45,288 nt of DNA from Candidatus Tectomicrobia bacterium RIFCSPLOWO2_12_FULL_69_37 (GTDB taxonomy: Bacteria; UBA8248): assembly GCA_001790955.1 (NCBI GenBank), contig MGDP01000220.1, positions 1 through 45,288 on the forward strand. The letters are read 5' to 3'. Shown here piece by piece: positions 8,999 through 18,255 of the stretch. Made by a program: the position numbers and the translations under genes. The notes beneath the pieces were generated by a model. That model saw only the letters and a program-made list of their open reading frames with translations. It had not been told where the DNA came from and did not search any database. Position 1 is the first letter of the stretch. Every line of letters begins with the position of its first letter.

Positions 8999-9027
8999 TT
9001 GACGGGATCGAGAATTCGCTTCAGAAT
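8999..9027 (+). promoter_or_regulatory. putative sigma-70 promoter of ABC module 1
   Basis: TTGACG-N17-CAGAAT about 95 bp upstream of the SBP gene; the same hexamers and spacing recur at 12559-12587. Confidence 0.65.
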
Positions 9028-9122
9028 GCGGGCAAGCTTCGCATTTCCCAGCGAGAGAAGCGCCTCCCCGCCCGGCGGGCGGGAGGGCGGCCTCTCCGAA
9101 CATTCAGGGGGGAGACGTCGCC

Positions 9123-10568
9123 ATGAAGAAAGCGCGCCTGTCACGCAGATCGTTCCTGAAGGGGGCCATGGCCACGGCCGTCACGGGACCGTGGGTGCTC
9201 CGGTTCCGCGGCGTGGCGGAGGCGGGCCCGCTGGAGGACCGGATCATCGCCGCGGCCAAGAAGGCCGGGCCGGCCGACTTGAACGGCATGATCTGGTCCC
9301 TCTACTACCGGAACATGAAGCGCCTCTCGGACGAGTTCAAGGAGAAGGCCGGGGTCGGGGTGAAGGACATCCAGGACCTCAGCATCTTCGTCATCCCCCA
9401 GCGCGCGATGGCGGAGGCCGTCTCACGCTCGCCCAAGATCGACTTCTTCCACATCGACTCGAACATGATCCCCTCGCTCGCCTCGGCGGGGCTCATCGAG
9501 CCCCTGGACGGCTACATGGCGGAGGTCGGCTACAAGCTGGAGATGCTGGCGAACTTCCCGAGCTTCATGAAGTACAAGGGGAAGACCTACGGCATCCCCA
9601 CGGACGGGAACGTCCACATCCAGTACGTCCGCAAGGACCTGGCCGAGAACCCCGAGGAGCAGAAGAAGTTCTCCGACAAGTACGGCAAGCCCCTCGCCTT
9701 CCCGAAGACCTGGGAGGACTCCCTCCAGATCGCCGAGCACTTCCACCGGCCGGACAAGAACCTCCTCGGCTACGCCGGCCTGCGCAACCGCGCGAATGGG
9801 GTGACGTGGTGGTACATGAACTTCTACAGCGCCGGCGGCTTCCCCTTCAACGACGACCTCGAGCCCACCATCAACACCCCGGCCGGCGAGTACGCCATGG
9901 ACATCTACCTCCGGCACAAGAAGGTCTCCCACCCCGAGGCCCCGAACTGGGGGACGCCCCAGATGATCCCCCAGTTCACCCAGGGCAACGCCGCCACGGG
10001 CCAATACTGGGACGGTACCGCCCGCCAGATAGAGAGCGACCCGAAGTCCAAGGTCAAGGGGAAGTTCCTCTACGGCATCGTCCCCGGCTCCACTTTCAGC
10101 GGCAAGCTCGTCCACCGCTCCATCTCCTCCCCCCTCGCGGCTGTGCTGGTGAACCGCTACAGCCCCCGGAAGCGCCAAGCCGCCCTCATGACGCTGTACT
10201 GGGGGACGCTCAGCAACAGCATCGAGATCGTCACCCATCCCACCTGGGTGTTCCATGATCCCTGGCACGCCGGCCACATGACGCACCCCAAGGTGATCGA
10301 GCGCTACTCGGCGCCGGCCATGGACGCGATCGCGAAGAGCATGCAGATCACCACTCCCCCCATCTACCTGACGGGGCACATCGAGTTCCAGGACGTCCTG
10401 GGCAAGCACATCGCCGAGGCTTACATCGGCCAGATCACGGCCAAGCAGGCGCTCACCCAGACCGAGGCAGCCTGGCGCAAGCTCATCGCCCAGATCGGCA
10501 AGGCCAGGCTCAAGGAAGACCTGGTCAGCTACAAGGCCGCCATGCCCACGGTGGACCTCCCGAGCTAA
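9123..10568 (+). CDS. ABC transporter substrate-binding protein (CUT1/SBP_bac_1-like), Tat-exported
   Basis: Twin-arginine signal SRRSFLK; GLIEPLD, YGIPTDG and PKTWED features; followed by two permeases. Confidence 0.88.
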   Translation: MKKARLSRRSFLKGAMATAVTGPWVLRFRGVAEAGPLEDRIIAAAKKAGPADLNGMIWSLYYRNMKRLSDEFKEKAGVGVKDIQDLSIFVIPQRAMAEAVSRSPKIDFFHIDSNMIPSLASAGLIEPLDGYMAEVGYKLEMLANFPSFMKYKGKTYGIPTDGNVHIQYVRKDLAENPEEQKKFSDKYGKPLAFPKTWEDSLQIAEHFHRPDKNLLGYAGLRNRANGVTWWYMNFYSAGGFPFNDDLEPTINTPAGEYAMDIYLRHKKVSHPEAPNWGTPQMIPQFTQGNAATGQYWDGTARQIESDPKSKVKGKFLYGIVPGSTFSGKLVHRSISSPLAAVLVNRYSPRKRQAALMTLYWGTLSNSIEIVTHPTWVFHDPWHAGHMTHPKVIERYSAPAMDAIAKSMQITTPPIYLTGHIEFQDVLGKHIAEAYIGQITAKQALTQTEAAWRKLIAQIGKARLKEDLVSYKAAMPTVDLPS

Positions 10569-10579
10569 GAACCCTCACC

Positions 10580-10605
10580 GGGGCGGGCCCTCCGGGGCCC
10601 GCCCC
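10580..10605 (+). other. intercistronic stem-loop after SBP gene 1
   Basis: ggggcgggccc-tccg-gggcccgcccc, perfect 11-bp stem, no U-tract. Confidence 0.7.
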
Positions 10606-10622
10606 GCCCGAGGTCCCCCCGG

Positions 10623-11567
10623 ATGGCGAACGCCCAGACGATCGCGAGGAAACCGGGAAGAGGGCTCCTCGTCTTCAAGTGGACCCTCCTGGGGCCCCTC
10701 TTCGGCCTTCTCCTCTTCATCCTGCCGGCCTTCCTCCTCCAGCTCTACTTCAGCTTCCACTCGTGGACGATCTACCTGGGCTCTTGGTGGGACGCCGAGT
10801 TCGCTGGCCTGGGCGTGTTCCGCGATGTGCTCACCGACTCCCGCTTCTGGTGGGCGGCCCTGCGCTCGCTCATCTTCGCCAGCCTGTCCACCCTGGGCTG
10901 CTTCGTGGCCGGCTTCGCGCTGGCAATGGCGATGCACCGCCCCTTCCGGGGCCACAGCTTGTTCTACGCGGTTTTCATCCTCCCCATGCTGACGGTCCCG
11001 GTCGTGATCGCCTACACCTTCGAGATGCTGCTCTTCCAGCGGGGCCCCATCAACGGCATCCTGAGCACGATCCTCATGACGAACGTGAACGTCACCTGGC
11101 TCGCCCAGCCGCCCATCGCCGTCTTCACGGTCATCATGCTGGAGATCTGGAACTGGACCCCCTTCGTCTTCATCATCATGCTGGCGGGCCTCTCCTCCCT
11201 GCCCCCGGAGCTGGACGAGGCCGCCCAGGTCCTGGGCGCGAGCCGCTGGCGCATCTTCAGCGAGGTCCAGCTGCCGCTCCTGCGGCCCGTCATCATGCTG
11301 GCCCTGATCCTGCGCTTCCTGGAGGCCATGGGAGAGTTCCCAAAGACGTGGGCCCTCCTCCAGGGCGGACCCGGCTCGGCCACCGAGACCGTCCCCGTCT
11401 ACCTCTTCCTCACCACCTGGCAGTACTTCCACATCTCCAGGGGCGCCGCGATGTCCTATCTGGTCCTGATCTTCATGATCCTGATCGTCCTGCTGGGGAT
11501 CCGCCTGCTGCGGAGGGAGAAGCAGACAATCGACGCGATACACGCCAAGCCGGGAGCGGGCGAATGA
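10623..11567 (+). CDS. carbohydrate ABC transporter permease (MalF/UgpA-like)
   Basis: Multiple TM helices, WNWTPF and EAA loop (ELDEAAQVLGAS). Confidence 0.92.
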   Translation: MANAQTIARKPGRGLLVFKWTLLGPLFGLLLFILPAFLLQLYFSFHSWTIYLGSWWDAEFAGLGVFRDVLTDSRFWWAALRSLIFASLSTLGCFVAGFALAMAMHRPFRGHSLFYAVFILPMLTVPVVIAYTFEMLLFQRGPINGILSTILMTNVNVTWLAQPPIAVFTVIMLEIWNWTPFVFIIMLAGLSSLPPELDEAAQVLGASRWRIFSEVQLPLLRPVIMLALILRFLEAMGEFPKTWALLQGGPGSATETVPVYLFLTTWQYFHISRGAAMSYLVLIFMILIVLLGIRLLRREKQTIDAIHAKPGAGE

Positions 11568-12439
11568 ACCGGAGGACGAAGCGCAGGATTGCCGCCGCGT
11601 TCCGGTTCGGCTTCCTGGGGGCGAGCCTGTTCGCCGTGGGCTTCCCCATCTACTGGATGATCATCACCTCCTTCAAGCCGGACAACGAATGGTTCACCTG
11701 GCCGCCCATCTATTGGTCCGAAAACTGGACCCTCGACAATTACCGCGTCGTCTGGCTGGGCATCCAGGCCAGGATCACCGCGCAGGAAGCTTTCACCATG
11801 CAGAAGCCGCTCCAGGCGCTCAAGCACAGCCTGGCGCTCGCCCTGATCTCCACCACCCTCTCGGTGGCGTTCGGCACCCTGATCGCCTACGGCGTCTCCC
11901 GCTACCGGATCCTTTCCGACCGGCGCATGTTCAACCTTCTCATGCTCCGCATGATCCCGCCCATCGTGGTGGCGGCGCCGCTGACCCTCTACTACTCGGC
12001 CTTGAACCTGCTCGACACCCTCACGGGGCTCGTCATCGTCTACGTGATCACCACTATCCCCTACACGGTCTGGATGACCAAGAGCTTCATCGACGAGATC
12101 CCCCACGAGATGGAGCAGGCCGCCGAGATCCTCGGGGCCAGCCGCTGGCAGACCATCTGGGAGGTCATCTTCCCCCTCATCCGCTCGGGCGTGGTGGCCA
12201 CCTTCCTCTTCATCCTGATCCTGACCTGGAGCGAGTACCTGCTGGCACTCATCCTCTCCAAGGTGGACGTGGTGACCCTCCCCGTCCAGCTCAGCAAGTA
12301 CGAGGGCACGACCGAGGGCCGCGTCTACGGCTACCAGGCGGCTCTCGCCGTGGGGGTCACCCTCCCGCTCATCGTCATCGGCTGCTTCATCCGCAAGCAC
12401 CTGGTCCGCGGGTTCACCTTCGGCATGGTGAAGAGGTAG
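11564..12439 (+). CDS. carbohydrate ABC transporter permease (MalG/UgpE-like)
   Basis: ATG overlaps the previous stop (ATGA); FPIYWMIITSFKP, EMEQAAEILGAS, WSEYL. Confidence 0.92.
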   Translation: MNRRTKRRIAAAFRFGFLGASLFAVGFPIYWMIITSFKPDNEWFTWPPIYWSENWTLDNYRVVWLGIQARITAQEAFTMQKPLQALKHSLALALISTTLSVAFGTLIAYGVSRYRILSDRRMFNLLMLRMIPPIVVAAPLTLYYSALNLLDTLTGLVIVYVITTIPYTVWMTKSFIDEIPHEMEQAAEILGASRWQTIWEVIFPLIRSGVVATFLFILILTWSEYLLALILSKVDVVTLPVQLSKYEGTTEGRVYGYQAALAVGVTLPLIVIGCFIRKHLVRGFTFGMVKR

Positions 12440-12558
12440 CTTGGGCGGCGTCCCGCCCCCCCCTGCTTCGCCCCCGGGCCAGACCGGCCGCCCGCCCCGG
12501 CGGAGCCTCCCCGTGCCGCCCCCTCGGGCCCACCGCAGGCCCGTGCAAAAATGACATA

Positions 12559-12587
12559 TTGACGAGCGGAACGTTCTGTTTCAGAAT
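12559..12587 (+). promoter_or_regulatory. putative sigma-70 promoter of ABC module 2 with overlapping palindrome
   Basis: TTGACG-N17-CAGAAT in an AT-rich patch; TTCTG-ttt-CAGAA dyad overlaps the -10 element. Confidence 0.7.
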
Positions 12588-12680
12588 ATCCCACATCACT
12601 TATCGAGCTCGGCACGCGCGGGGTGGTCTTTCGTCGCCGGCGTGCGTATGCGCTTTTCCTTCCAAGGGGGGAACACCGCC

Positions 12681-14123
12681 ATGAAGAAAGCGCACGTGTC
12701 CCGCAGAAAGTTCCTCAAGGGAGCCCTGGCCACGGCCGTCGCGGCACCGGCCCTGCTCCGAGCCGGGGGGGCCAAGGCAGGGCCGGAGGAGGACCGCATC
12801 GTCAAGGCATCCAAGAAGTACGGCAAGGCCTCCCTGAACGGGATGATGTGGGCGCTCTACTGGCGCAACTACCCGCGCCTCAACACCGAGTTCAAGGGCC
12901 TCACCGGCATCTCGATGGACCAGGTGAACGACGTCCCCAACCTGCTGATCCCCCAGCGGGCGATGGCCGAGGCCATCAGCCGCTCCGGCAAGTTCGACAT
13001 CTTCCACGTCGAGTCGATGATGATCCCCTCCCTCGTGGCGGCCGGGCTGGTGGAGCCGCTCGACGGCTACATGAAGGAGGCGGGCTTCAAGCTCGAGATG
13101 GTCGGCAACTTCGCGAGCTTCATGAAGTACCAGGACGTGACCTACGCCCTGCCCACGGACGGGAACGTCTGCCCGCAGTTCATCCGGAAGGACCTGTTCG
13201 AGAACCCGGACGAGCAGAAGAATTTCGCCGACAAGCACGGCAAGCCCCTCAAGTGGCCGGAGACCTGGGAGGATGAGCTGGAGATAATGAAGTTCTTCCA
13301 CCGGCCGGACAAGGAGCTCTTCGGCTTCGGCGGGCTGCGCGACAAGGAGAACAGCAGCTTCTGGTACTGGATGTACCTCTACAGCGCGGGCGGGTTCCCC
13401 TTCAGCGACGACGCCGAGCCCACCCTGACCACCCCCGCGGCCGAGTACGCCGCCGACACTTTCCTCGCCCGCAAGCAGGTTTCCCATCCCGAGGCCGCGG
13501 CGTGGGGCTCCCCGCAGATGATCCCCCGGATCGTCGAGGGGAAGATCTTCTCCGCCCAGTACTGGGACGGGATCATCGCGCGCATCGAGGGCTCCCCGAC
13601 GCCCACCACGGGCAAGTGGCTCTACGGGGTCCCGCCGGGCTCGAAGTTCTCCGGCCGGCTCATCAAGCGCGCCTTCTCCGCGCCGGTCATGGGGCTCATC
13701 GTCAACAAGCTCAGCCCGCGGAAGAAGCAGGCCGCCATGTGGTCGCTCTACATGACCACCGCCAAGAACAGCACCGAGGTCGTGGCCCATCCGACCATGA
13801 CCTTCCACGACCCCTGGCACCCCGTGCACATGACGGCCCCCGAGGTGGAGAAGGTCTACGGCGGGAAAGCGGGCATGGAGTCCATCCGCAAGAGCCTCCT
13901 CGTCACCACCCCGCCGCCCTACGTGACCGGCTACCAGGAGTTCAAGGAGGCCGTGGACAAGAACCTCTCGGAGGCCTACGCCGGCCGCAAGAGCGGCAAG
14001 CAGGCGATCAAGGACGCCCAGGAGGAGTGGGGGAAGATCGTCAAGAAGATCGGCAAGGCGCGGATCAAGAAGGAGATCCCCTACTACAAGGCCATGATGC
14101 CCAAGATGGACGTCCCCACCTAG
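12681..14123 (+). CDS. ABC transporter substrate-binding protein, Tat-exported (paralogue of 9123-10568)
   Basis: SRRKFLK signal; colinear similarity to SBP1 (IPQRAMAEA, MIPSL, PTDGNV, FHDPWH). Confidence 0.9.
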   Translation: MKKAHVSRRKFLKGALATAVAAPALLRAGGAKAGPEEDRIVKASKKYGKASLNGMMWALYWRNYPRLNTEFKGLTGISMDQVNDVPNLLIPQRAMAEAISRSGKFDIFHVESMMIPSLVAAGLVEPLDGYMKEAGFKLEMVGNFASFMKYQDVTYALPTDGNVCPQFIRKDLFENPDEQKNFADKHGKPLKWPETWEDELEIMKFFHRPDKELFGFGGLRDKENSSFWYWMYLYSAGGFPFSDDAEPTLTTPAAEYAADTFLARKQVSHPEAAAWGSPQMIPRIVEGKIFSAQYWDGIIARIEGSPTPTTGKWLYGVPPGSKFSGRLIKRAFSAPVMGLIVNKLSPRKKQAAMWSLYMTTAKNSTEVVAHPTMTFHDPWHPVHMTAPEVEKVYGGKAGMESIRKSLLVTTPPPYVTGYQEFKEAVDKNLSEAYAGRKSGKQAIKDAQEEWGKIVKKIGKARIKKEIPYYKAMMPKMDVPT

Positions 14124-14150
14124 GGCGCGGACGGCTTTTCCGCCCGGCGC

Positions 14151-14181
14151 GCCGGAGCGGGCCCTCGGGGCCCGCTCCGGC
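14151..14181 (+). other. intercistronic stem-loop after SBP gene 2
   Basis: gccggagcgggccc-tcg-gggcccgctccggc, perfect 14-bp stem. Confidence 0.7.
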
Positions 14182-14238
14182 CCCGAGGCGGCATTTTTCT
14201 TCGGCATAGGTTCGAATCAGGGCGGGAACGAGGACGAC

Positions 14239-15219
14239 ATGACGGCCAGCGCGACCGAGACCGCGGCGGGCACGGGGGCGGCGCCCGCGCGGGGCAGCCG
14301 GAGCCGGGGGATCCGGATATTCAAGTGGACCCTCCTGACACCCCTGTTCTCGCTTTTTTTCTTCCTGATGCCCGTCTTCCTGCTCCAGCTGTATTTTTCG
14401 CTCCATTCGTGGACGATCTACCTCTCCAGCTGGTGGGACGCGGATTACGCGGGCTTCGACCTGTTCAGGGAAGTCCTGACGGAGAGCCGCTTCTACTGGG
14501 CCTTCGCGCGCTCGTTCCTCTTCGCGGGGCTTTCCACGGTCGGCTGCTTCATCATCGGGTTCGGCCTGGCCCTCCTGATGTACCGCCCCTTCCGGGGGCA
14601 TTCCGTCTTTTACGTCCTTTTCATCCTGCCCATGCTCACCGTCCCCATCGTCATCTCCTACACCGCCGACATGCTCCTGTTCCGCTCGGGCCCGATCAAC
14701 GACATCATGAGCTTCCTGGCCGGCACGGAGATCCGCTTCACCTGGCTCGCGAACCCGAACTTCGCCATCTTCACCATCATCATGCTCGAAATCTGGAACT
14801 GGACGCCCTTCGCCTTCATCATCATGCTGGCGGGCCTCTCCTCCCTGCCGGCCGAGCCCGTCGAGGCGGCGCGGATCCTCGGCGCGAGCCGCCTGCGGAT
14901 CTTCTGGGAGATCCAGATCCCCCTGCTCCGGCCCGTCATCTTCCTCGCCCTTATTCTGCGGTTCCTCGAGGCCATGGCGGAGTTTCCCAAGACCTGGGGC
15001 CTGCTCCAGGGGGGGCCGGGCACCTCCACCGAAACCATCCCCGTCTACCTCTACATCGTGACCTGGCGGGCGTTCAACGTCTCCAAGGGCGCGGCGGCCT
15101 CCTACCTCGTCATGCTGCTCATGATCGTCATCATCCTCTCGGCGATCTACGTCCTGCGGCGCGAGAAGAAAGCCCTCGACGCCTTGTATGAAAAGCCGGC
15201 GGGGGGAGGCGAGGCATGA
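14239..15219 (+). CDS. carbohydrate ABC transporter permease (paralogue of 10623-11567)
   Basis: WNWTPF, EPVEAARILGAS, TM pattern. Confidence 0.92.
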   Translation: MTASATETAAGTGAAPARGSRSRGIRIFKWTLLTPLFSLFFFLMPVFLLQLYFSLHSWTIYLSSWWDADYAGFDLFREVLTESRFYWAFARSFLFAGLSTVGCFIIGFGLALLMYRPFRGHSVFYVLFILPMLTVPIVISYTADMLLFRSGPINDIMSFLAGTEIRFTWLANPNFAIFTIIMLEIWNWTPFAFIIMLAGLSSLPAEPVEAARILGASRLRIFWEIQIPLLRPVIFLALILRFLEAMAEFPKTWGLLQGGPGTSTETIPVYLYIVTWRAFNVSKGAAASYLVMLLMIVIILSAIYVLRREKKALDALYEKPAGGGEA

Positions 15220-16124
15220 AGCGCTTCGTGAAAAAGTGGCGGTACCCGCTTTTCCGGACCCTCATGCTGACCGCCTGGGCACTGCTTGCCGGCTTCCCGA
15301 TCTTCTGGATCACCTCGACCTCGTTCAAGCCCGATAACGAATGGCACAAGTGGCCGCCCGTCTACGTCTCCAAGAACGCCACCCTGGACAACTACCGGAT
15401 GGTCTGGCCCATCCATCAGACCGGCTCGATCTTCGTCACCCCGGACCAGAAGGGCCACGGGGTGGCCCACGAGTCGGTCACCGCCAACAAGCCCTGGCAC
15501 GCCCTGAAGAACAGTTTGCTCATCGCCCTCTCCTCGACGGCCATCGCGGTCGCCTTCGGCACCCTGCTGGCCTACGGCGTCTCCCGCTACCGCATTCTCT
15601 CCGACACCCGGATGTTCCAGCTCCTCGTCCTGCGGATGATCCCCCCCATCGTCGTCGCGGCTCCGCTGACGCTCTACTACTCGGTCCTGCAGCTGATGGA
15701 CACCGCGTCCGGCCTCATCGTCGTCTACTTCATCACCTCCCTGCCCTACGCCGTGTGGATGACGAAGAGCTTCATCGACGAGGTGCCGCGGGAGATGGAG
15801 CAGGCCGCCGAGATCCTCGGGGCCTCCCGCTGGCAGACCATCTGGGAGATCATCTTCCCGCTCATCCGCTCGGGCGTGGTGGCCACCTTCCTCTTCATCC
15901 TGATCCTGACCTGGAGCGAGTACCTGCTCTCCTTCATCCTCTCCAAGGTGGACGTGGTGACCCTCCCCGTCCAGCTCAGCAAGTACGAGGGCTCGACCGA
16001 GGGCCGCGTCTACGGCCACCAGGCGGCCCTCGCCGTGGGGATCACCTTCCCCCTCATCATCATCGGGATTTTCATCCGGAAGCACCTGGTCCGCGGGTTC
16101 ACCTTCGGCATGGTGAAGAGGTAG
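15216..16124 (+). CDS. carbohydrate ABC transporter permease (paralogue of 11564-12439)
   Basis: TSFKPDNEW, EMEQAAEILGAS; C-terminus RKHLVRGFTFGMVKR identical to the paralogue. Confidence 0.92.
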   Translation: MKRFVKKWRYPLFRTLMLTAWALLAGFPIFWITSTSFKPDNEWHKWPPVYVSKNATLDNYRMVWPIHQTGSIFVTPDQKGHGVAHESVTANKPWHALKNSLLIALSSTAIAVAFGTLLAYGVSRYRILSDTRMFQLLVLRMIPPIVVAAPLTLYYSVLQLMDTASGLIVVYFITSLPYAVWMTKSFIDEVPREMEQAAEILGASRWQTIWEIIFPLIRSGVVATFLFILILTWSEYLLSFILSKVDVVTLPVQLSKYEGSTEGRVYGHQAALAVGITFPLIIIGIFIRKHLVRGFTFGMVKR

Positions 16125-16129
16125 GCAAG

Positions 16130-17236
16130 ATGACGCTCATCGAAATGAAAGGCCTCCGCAAGGTGTTCGGCCGCAACATCGAGGCGGTCAAGAATCTGGA
16201 CCTGTCCGTCGAGGAGGGCGAGTTCCTCGTCCTCGTCGGGCCCTCGGGCTGCGGCAAGACGACGACCCTCCGCATGATCGCCGGCTTCGAGGAACCCACC
16301 GCCGGCGAGATCTACATCCAAGGCAGGCTCGTCAACGACATCGAGCCCGGCCAGCGCAACCTCGGCATGGTGTTCCAGAACCTCGCGCTTTTCCCTCATA
16401 AGACGGTGGCCGAGAACATCGAGTTCGGCCCCCGCATGAAGAAGGTCGACCCCGAGACCCGCCTCAGGCGCGTGCGCGAGGCCGCCGAGATGGTGAAGAT
16501 CACCCACCTCCTCGACAAGCTGCCCGGCCAGTGCTCGGGCGGCGAGGCCCAGCGCGTGGCCCTCGCCCGCACCCTCGTGACCGACCCCTCGGTCTTCCTC
16601 CTCGACGAGCCCCTCTCGAGCCTGGACGCCAAGCTGCGCCGCGAGATGCGGGCCGAGATCGACCGCCTCCACCAGCGGCTGGGCAAGACCTTCGTCTTCG
16701 TCACCCACGACCAGGAGGAGGCCATGACCCTGGCCGACCGCATCGTCGTCATGAGGGACGGGGTCATCGAGCAGGTGGGCTCGCCCCTCGAAATCTACGG
16801 CGACCCGGTGAGCCACTTCGTGGCCGACTTCTTCGGGAGCCCCTCGATGAACCTCATCCCCGGGACCCTCTCCCAGGAATCGGGCAAGGCGCGGTTCCGG
16901 GCCCCGGGCCTCACGGTGGAGCTCCCCCCTTCCTTCTCCCAGGCCCCCGCGGGGGAAGCGACGCTGGGCTTCCGGCCCGAGCACCTCGCGGTCTCCCAGA
17001 ACGGGGGGATCTTCCGGGGCGAGGTGCGCCTCGTCGAGCCCCTGGGGAAGGACACCCTCCTCTACTTCGACCGCGGGGGCGAGCGGCCCCTCATCGCCGT
17101 CGTCGAGGGCACGCGGACCTTCCGGGAAGGGGACACCCTCGGCGTCTCCGTGAATCCCGACCTCCTCTACCTCTTCGGCGGAGACGGCAAGCGCATCCGC
17201 AGGGGCTCCAAAGGAACCGGCATCCGCCCCGCCTGA
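16130..17236 (+). CDS. ABC transporter ATP-binding protein (MalK/UgpC-like)
   Basis: Walker A GPSGCGKTT, Q-loop MVFQ, signature variant CSGGE, Walker [16 protein letters not shown]-terminal TOBE-like region. Confidence 0.95.
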   Translation: MTLIEMKGLRKVFGRNIEAVKNLDLSVEEGEFLVLVGPSGCGKTTTLRMIAGFEEPTAGEIYIQGRLVNDIEPGQRNLGMVFQNLALFPHKTVAENIEFGPRMKKVDPETRLRRVREAAEMVKITHLLDKLPGQCSGGEAQRVALARTLVTDPSVFLLDEPLSSLDAKLRREMRAEIDRLHQRLGKTFVFVTHDQEEAMTLADRIVVMRDGVIEQVGSPLEIYGDPVSHFVADFFGSPSMNLIPGTLSQESGKARFRAPGLTVELPPSFSQAPAGEATLGFRPEHLAVSQNGGIFRGEVRLVEPLGKDTLLYFDRGGERPLIAVVEGTRTFREGDTLGVSVNPDLLYLFGGDGKRIRRGSKGTGIRPA

Positions 17237-17296
17237 CTTGATCGCCGCCCCAGCGGACGCCATGATCGCGCTCGCCTCCTCCGAGGGACGGACGCG

Positions 17297-18232
17297 ATGC
17301 CAGGCCCCCTGGATCCGATCGAGCGCGAGCTGGCCGCCATCCAGGCCGACCGCGAGAGCGGCTCGGCCCAGCTCGCCGGGCGCGCCCTGGAGCTCCTGGG
17401 CCGGGCCTGCGGCGCGGCCGGCGGCCAGAGCCCGGAGGCCCTCCTCTCCGGGATGGCCGCCCTCGCCCGGCGCATCCGCGCCCTGCGCCCCTCGATGGCA
17501 GCGCCCGGCAACTGGGCCGCCGCCTTCGTGCTCGACCTGCGCGAGCGGCTGGCCTCCTCCCCTCCCTCCCCGCGGGAGGCGGGCCGGGCGGCCGCCGAGG
17601 CCCTCCTGGCCAGGCTGCGCGGCCTCCCCGGGCGGCTGGCCCAGGCGGCGAGGCCCATCCTGGAGGGCAGGCGCGCCCTCCTCACCCTCAGCCGCTCCTC
17701 CAGCGTCGAGGCCGTCCTCCTGCAAGCCGCCCCGGCGGACTGCCTCCTCATCGTCGCCGAGTCCCGCCCCCTGTACGAGGGGCGCACGCTCCTCCGCCGC
17801 CTCATGGAGGCGGGGAGGCCCGTCCGCTGCATCACCGACGCCCAGATCGCCCTCGCCATGGGGGAGGCCGACCTCCTCCTCCTCGGGGCCGACACCGTCT
17901 GCCGCGACGCCGCCGCCGTGAACAAGGCGGGCAGCCGCCTCGCCGCCCTCGCCGCGCGCTCCCTCGGGAAGCCCTGCGCCGTCCTGGCCGACACCTTCAA
18001 GGTGAGCGGGGAGCTCTCCGCCGCCGGCGTCGTCCTGGAAGAAGGGGAGGGCCGGGAGGTCTGGGCGGAAGCGCCCGGGATCTGCCGGAACGTCTACTTC
18101 GAGCCCGTGCCGGCCGATCTCATCACCTTCTTCGTCACCGAAAAGGGCTCCCTCTCCCCGCGGGAGGTGCGCGCGGAGGCCGAGCGCTGGAGGCGCCTGG
18201 CCGGGGAGGCGGACGAGATCGGCTCGCTCTAA
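17297..18232 (+). CDS. eIF-2B alpha/beta/delta family protein (MtnA/ribose-1,5-bisphosphate isomerase-like fold)
   Basis: DRESGS, RPSMAA, TLSRSSSV, VAESRPLYEG, ITDAQ, LGADTV, VNKAGS, ADTFK, NVYFEPVP. Confidence 0.85.
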   Translation: MPGPLDPIERELAAIQADRESGSAQLAGRALELLGRACGAAGGQSPEALLSGMAALARRIRALRPSMAAPGNWAAAFVLDLRERLASSPPSPREAGRAAAEALLARLRGLPGRLAQAARPILEGRRALLTLSRSSSVEAVLLQAAPADCLLIVAESRPLYEGRTLLRRLMEAGRPVRCITDAQIALAMGEADLLLLGADTVCRDAAAVNKAGSRLAALAARSLGKPCAVLADTFKVSGELSAAGVVLEEGEGREVWAEAPGICRNVYFEPVPADLITFFVTEKGSLSPREVRAEAERWRRLAGEADEIGSL

Positions 18233-18255
18233 CGTTGCCCGGATGGTGAATGCCT

